Origin: Camelus dromedarius
Lineage: Eukaryota
DNA: 64,000 nucleotides
Assembly (NCBI RefSeq): GCF_036321535.1
Contig: NC_087436.1
Span: 18,230,001-18,294,000 of the forward strand
Direction: 5' to 3'
The notes beneath the pieces are model-generated. The model worked only from the letters and a program-made list of their open reading frames with translations, made no database searches and had not been told where the DNA came from. A program made the translations under genes and the position numbers. Position 1 is the stretch's first letter. Each line of letters starts with the position of its first letter. This document shows positions 61,264-64,000 of the stretch, piece after piece.

Positions 61264-64000
61264 CTAGCGAGCAAGCAAGAAGGAAAAAAAATAATTAAAA
61301 TCTTGAAACATTCAAAGGCCTTCTTGACTGGCTGACAAAGCTTCCATTTTTAAATGGCCAAGCCACAAATAATGAATTCTCTGGTTTCCTATAAAAGGCA
61401 TTACACACAATTTCTTATAATATTATAACCCAGGTTCCGTTATGAGACATTCCTAGCACTTCAGAAAATCGGTAGTGGAGATCAAAGTAAAGGGAGAAGA
61501 GTCGGCAGGGAGTTGGGGAGAAATGGACACAGCATATCCAATATGCACAACTACAAAGCAGGTACAGCTATGATAACTAGCAGCCACGGCTCATGTAGCT
61601 GTGACTTATATGGCATTTGCAGCATCGATATATTTTAACTTGTTTCCATTGACATTACTGCTATCACACCGTGTTATGACAGGGGGAACAGGTAGCACCC
61701 TTAATGGCAACATTACTATTAGAATAGCAACAAGTCGGTGGGGAAGACGATGGTAAGTCTGGTCCCACACGTCCAAGATTTGTACTCATTATCTTTCTAA
61801 TGATTAATACATGATCAACCAAAGTAGACACGTGATGACAGATCAACTTAAAAAGTCTTTTATGGGTAATCTTTCACACTAACATTAGTTTATACACTCA
61901 TCCAGGAAATATTTATTGGAAGCCTCTATTTAGCACTTGTGACATTCATCCTAAATTACACTAGATCTTTTGGTCCTGAAAGTATATTAATGACGCATTT
62001 CTTCTAAATGCCTTTTCAAATACCTAGTCTGCTCTAAAGAAGATGTAAAACATGCACTAAAAAAAAAAGGAGGAAGAGGAGGAGGAGGGGGCAGTTAACT
62101 CTGAAAAGGAAAAAGTCAGTCTCGGTTGAAACAAAAGGAAAGGATGGTGGGGAGAGTGAGCATTCTGAGTATGGTGGCATCTCTGAGCCTTGAGGTTGGA
62201 CCGCTGCCCCGGGCTGTGACAGGGCAGCAGAGAGGGGAGTGCGGCAAAGGTTCATAAACCTGGGCTAAAATCCCGCCACAACCCTGACCAGCCCCGCCAC
62301 CCCCACGCAAGTCAATTCCAAACCTATCTGAACTGCAGCTCTTCATCTGCACAATGGAGATCATGTAAACGCTCTTAGGGAACTACTGACAGCATCAAAG
62401 CCAGTCAGGAATGTATACAGATTTCCATAAACTATTAAATGAGTAGGTAATCAGCACAGCTGAGTTACCAAACATCTAAGCATTCAGTGGTGGTACCCAC
62501 TCAACGGGAGGGAGCAGTGAATGGGTCGTGGTGAGTGACGTCCACCAATCAATAGAAACTTGCCTGGGTTTCTACACTGTGGTCACATAAAGGGGAAAAT
62601 AAGAGATTTGTGGAAGAGACTTATTTCTCCCTCACTCCAGAATGATGTTTCAACTAAGATTCAAAAAAAAAATTTTTTTAAAGTCGTTTCAGGGTTTTTT
62701 ACACTGTATTTGTCTATATTCGGAAGGAAACATCTTGTTAGTACTCCCTTTTCAAATTAAAGCTCTAAAAAGAAAATCTTGTCCAAATGGGACCACCACG
62801 TTAAGTCATGCATGCCACTCAAAAAGTTTTAGGCTTAGGCACGAGGAAGGATGGGTGACAATGCAATGTTATTTCCCAACTTCTTGAAAGGAAAGTGAAA
62901 CAGGAAGTGATGGTTATTTCATGGCCAGAACATCATACATATGGAGTCCATTACTCAAAAGTCTGGAGATTTTTTAAAGCAATTCAACAGTTCTTGATTA
63001 CAGCAACTGACAGCAATATGCAATAAACCACAACAATGGCAATTGACACTGATTACATTTTGATCAGTTCCTACAATTCCGAGCTCATTTGTTACTGAGC
63101 TTGTCAGACAAGCTGCAGATACATTCAAGAAATCAAATTAAGCGCTCTGATTAAAGGTGCAATCCTTTATAACTAGGACTAAATAATTCTGTTCTGGAGG
63201 CTTTGCCAACCAATTACTGCAGTAACTGAATATTCTCTGTCTCATTAAATCAATTATTTAAATCTCATACAAGTCAGATAACATTTTCAATCAACTGGCT
63301 ACCAGCAAATCACCATTTTAAAATCCAGGAGGCTTCTAAAAGCAATCTTTTATTTTCTGCTTCTGACCAAAGGATCATTCTATATTTTGAGAACCATATG
63401 GAAAAACAAGCCATCCTTTGAATTCATGGAATAAAAAGTAGCGGTCACACCAGAAGCCAAAGACTACACAGTGTCTGTGGTACCGATCCGCTGTTAAAGT
63501 TGCACTGTTTTCAAATCACTCAATCACCCCTCGCAGCTCTTTACAAGATGCCCTGGGACTAGATAAATTTGTTAATACCTTACTTGGGATTCAAACCTAA
63601 AAATGCACTTAAGAGTGTTCTATCAGAATATATGTTCTACCATAAATAAGGTAGAAATTCTGGCTCCTTTCTGGCCAAGGAACACCACCTCGTGGATTAG
63701 TCTGAAACCTACACTAATAAGCACAGATACAAATAGATGACTTTTTTATTTGGGTGAATGTTTCCTAATCATATAAACCAGTGGTCATTTTTTTGAAACT
63801 GGAAACTTCCAGCCCAGCCCTAAGCTCTGGCTCCCTACCGGACACTGACTTGGGTCCCACTTGAAAGTACCTGAAGCAGCACAGTGACTGAATGAGTTCT
63901 GAGAATATTCTTTATCAATCCAAAATCCGAATTTTTTTTCACCTACATTAGTTTACTTTTTCACCAAATCTATGTGAAAAAGTTGTCCTACAAACAAACA

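Noticed and set aside
1..64000. CRISPR arrays, operons or other prokaryotic systems
   Set aside because: Sequence is mammalian intron/exon DNA; no regularly spaced repeat-spacer structure was seen.
61264..64000. Upstream ARHGAP10 exon with the arginine finger (GLYR motif)
   Set aside because: Not found by eye in this interval; presumably lies beyond the window end.

Overview
Mammalian genomic DNA, most likely camelid (camel, alpaca or llama), inferred from eight tRNA-Ala-headed SINE insertions of the Vic-1 type. The whole window lies inside one minus-strand gene, ARHGAP10 (GRAF2/PSGAP, a BAR-PH-RhoGAP-SH3 protein). Five coding exons (88, 59, 106, 160 and 151 nt) were mapped by hand. They have canonical AG/GT boundaries and consistent phases, and encode the C-terminal part of the RhoGAP domain and the start of the Pro/Ser-rich linker. 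The other ~99% is intron filled with L1 fragments, SINEs, solo LTRs (MER21-, MER76-, MER77-, MLT1- and ERV1-like), MIR/L2 remnants and DNA-transposon fossils. Nearly all ORFs in the track are chance ORFs or decayed L1 ORF2 pieces. I found no new protein-coding system. The best structural findings are a SINE split by a ~180-bp micro-inversion that can be reconstructed from its target-site duplication (TSD; 43.7-44.0 kb), two twin-primed 5'-inverted L1 insertions, and inverted repeats bracketing the 106+160-nt exon pair (circRNA candidate). Repeat subfamily names come from memory of consensus sequences, and repeat boundaries are approximate unless a TSD is given.
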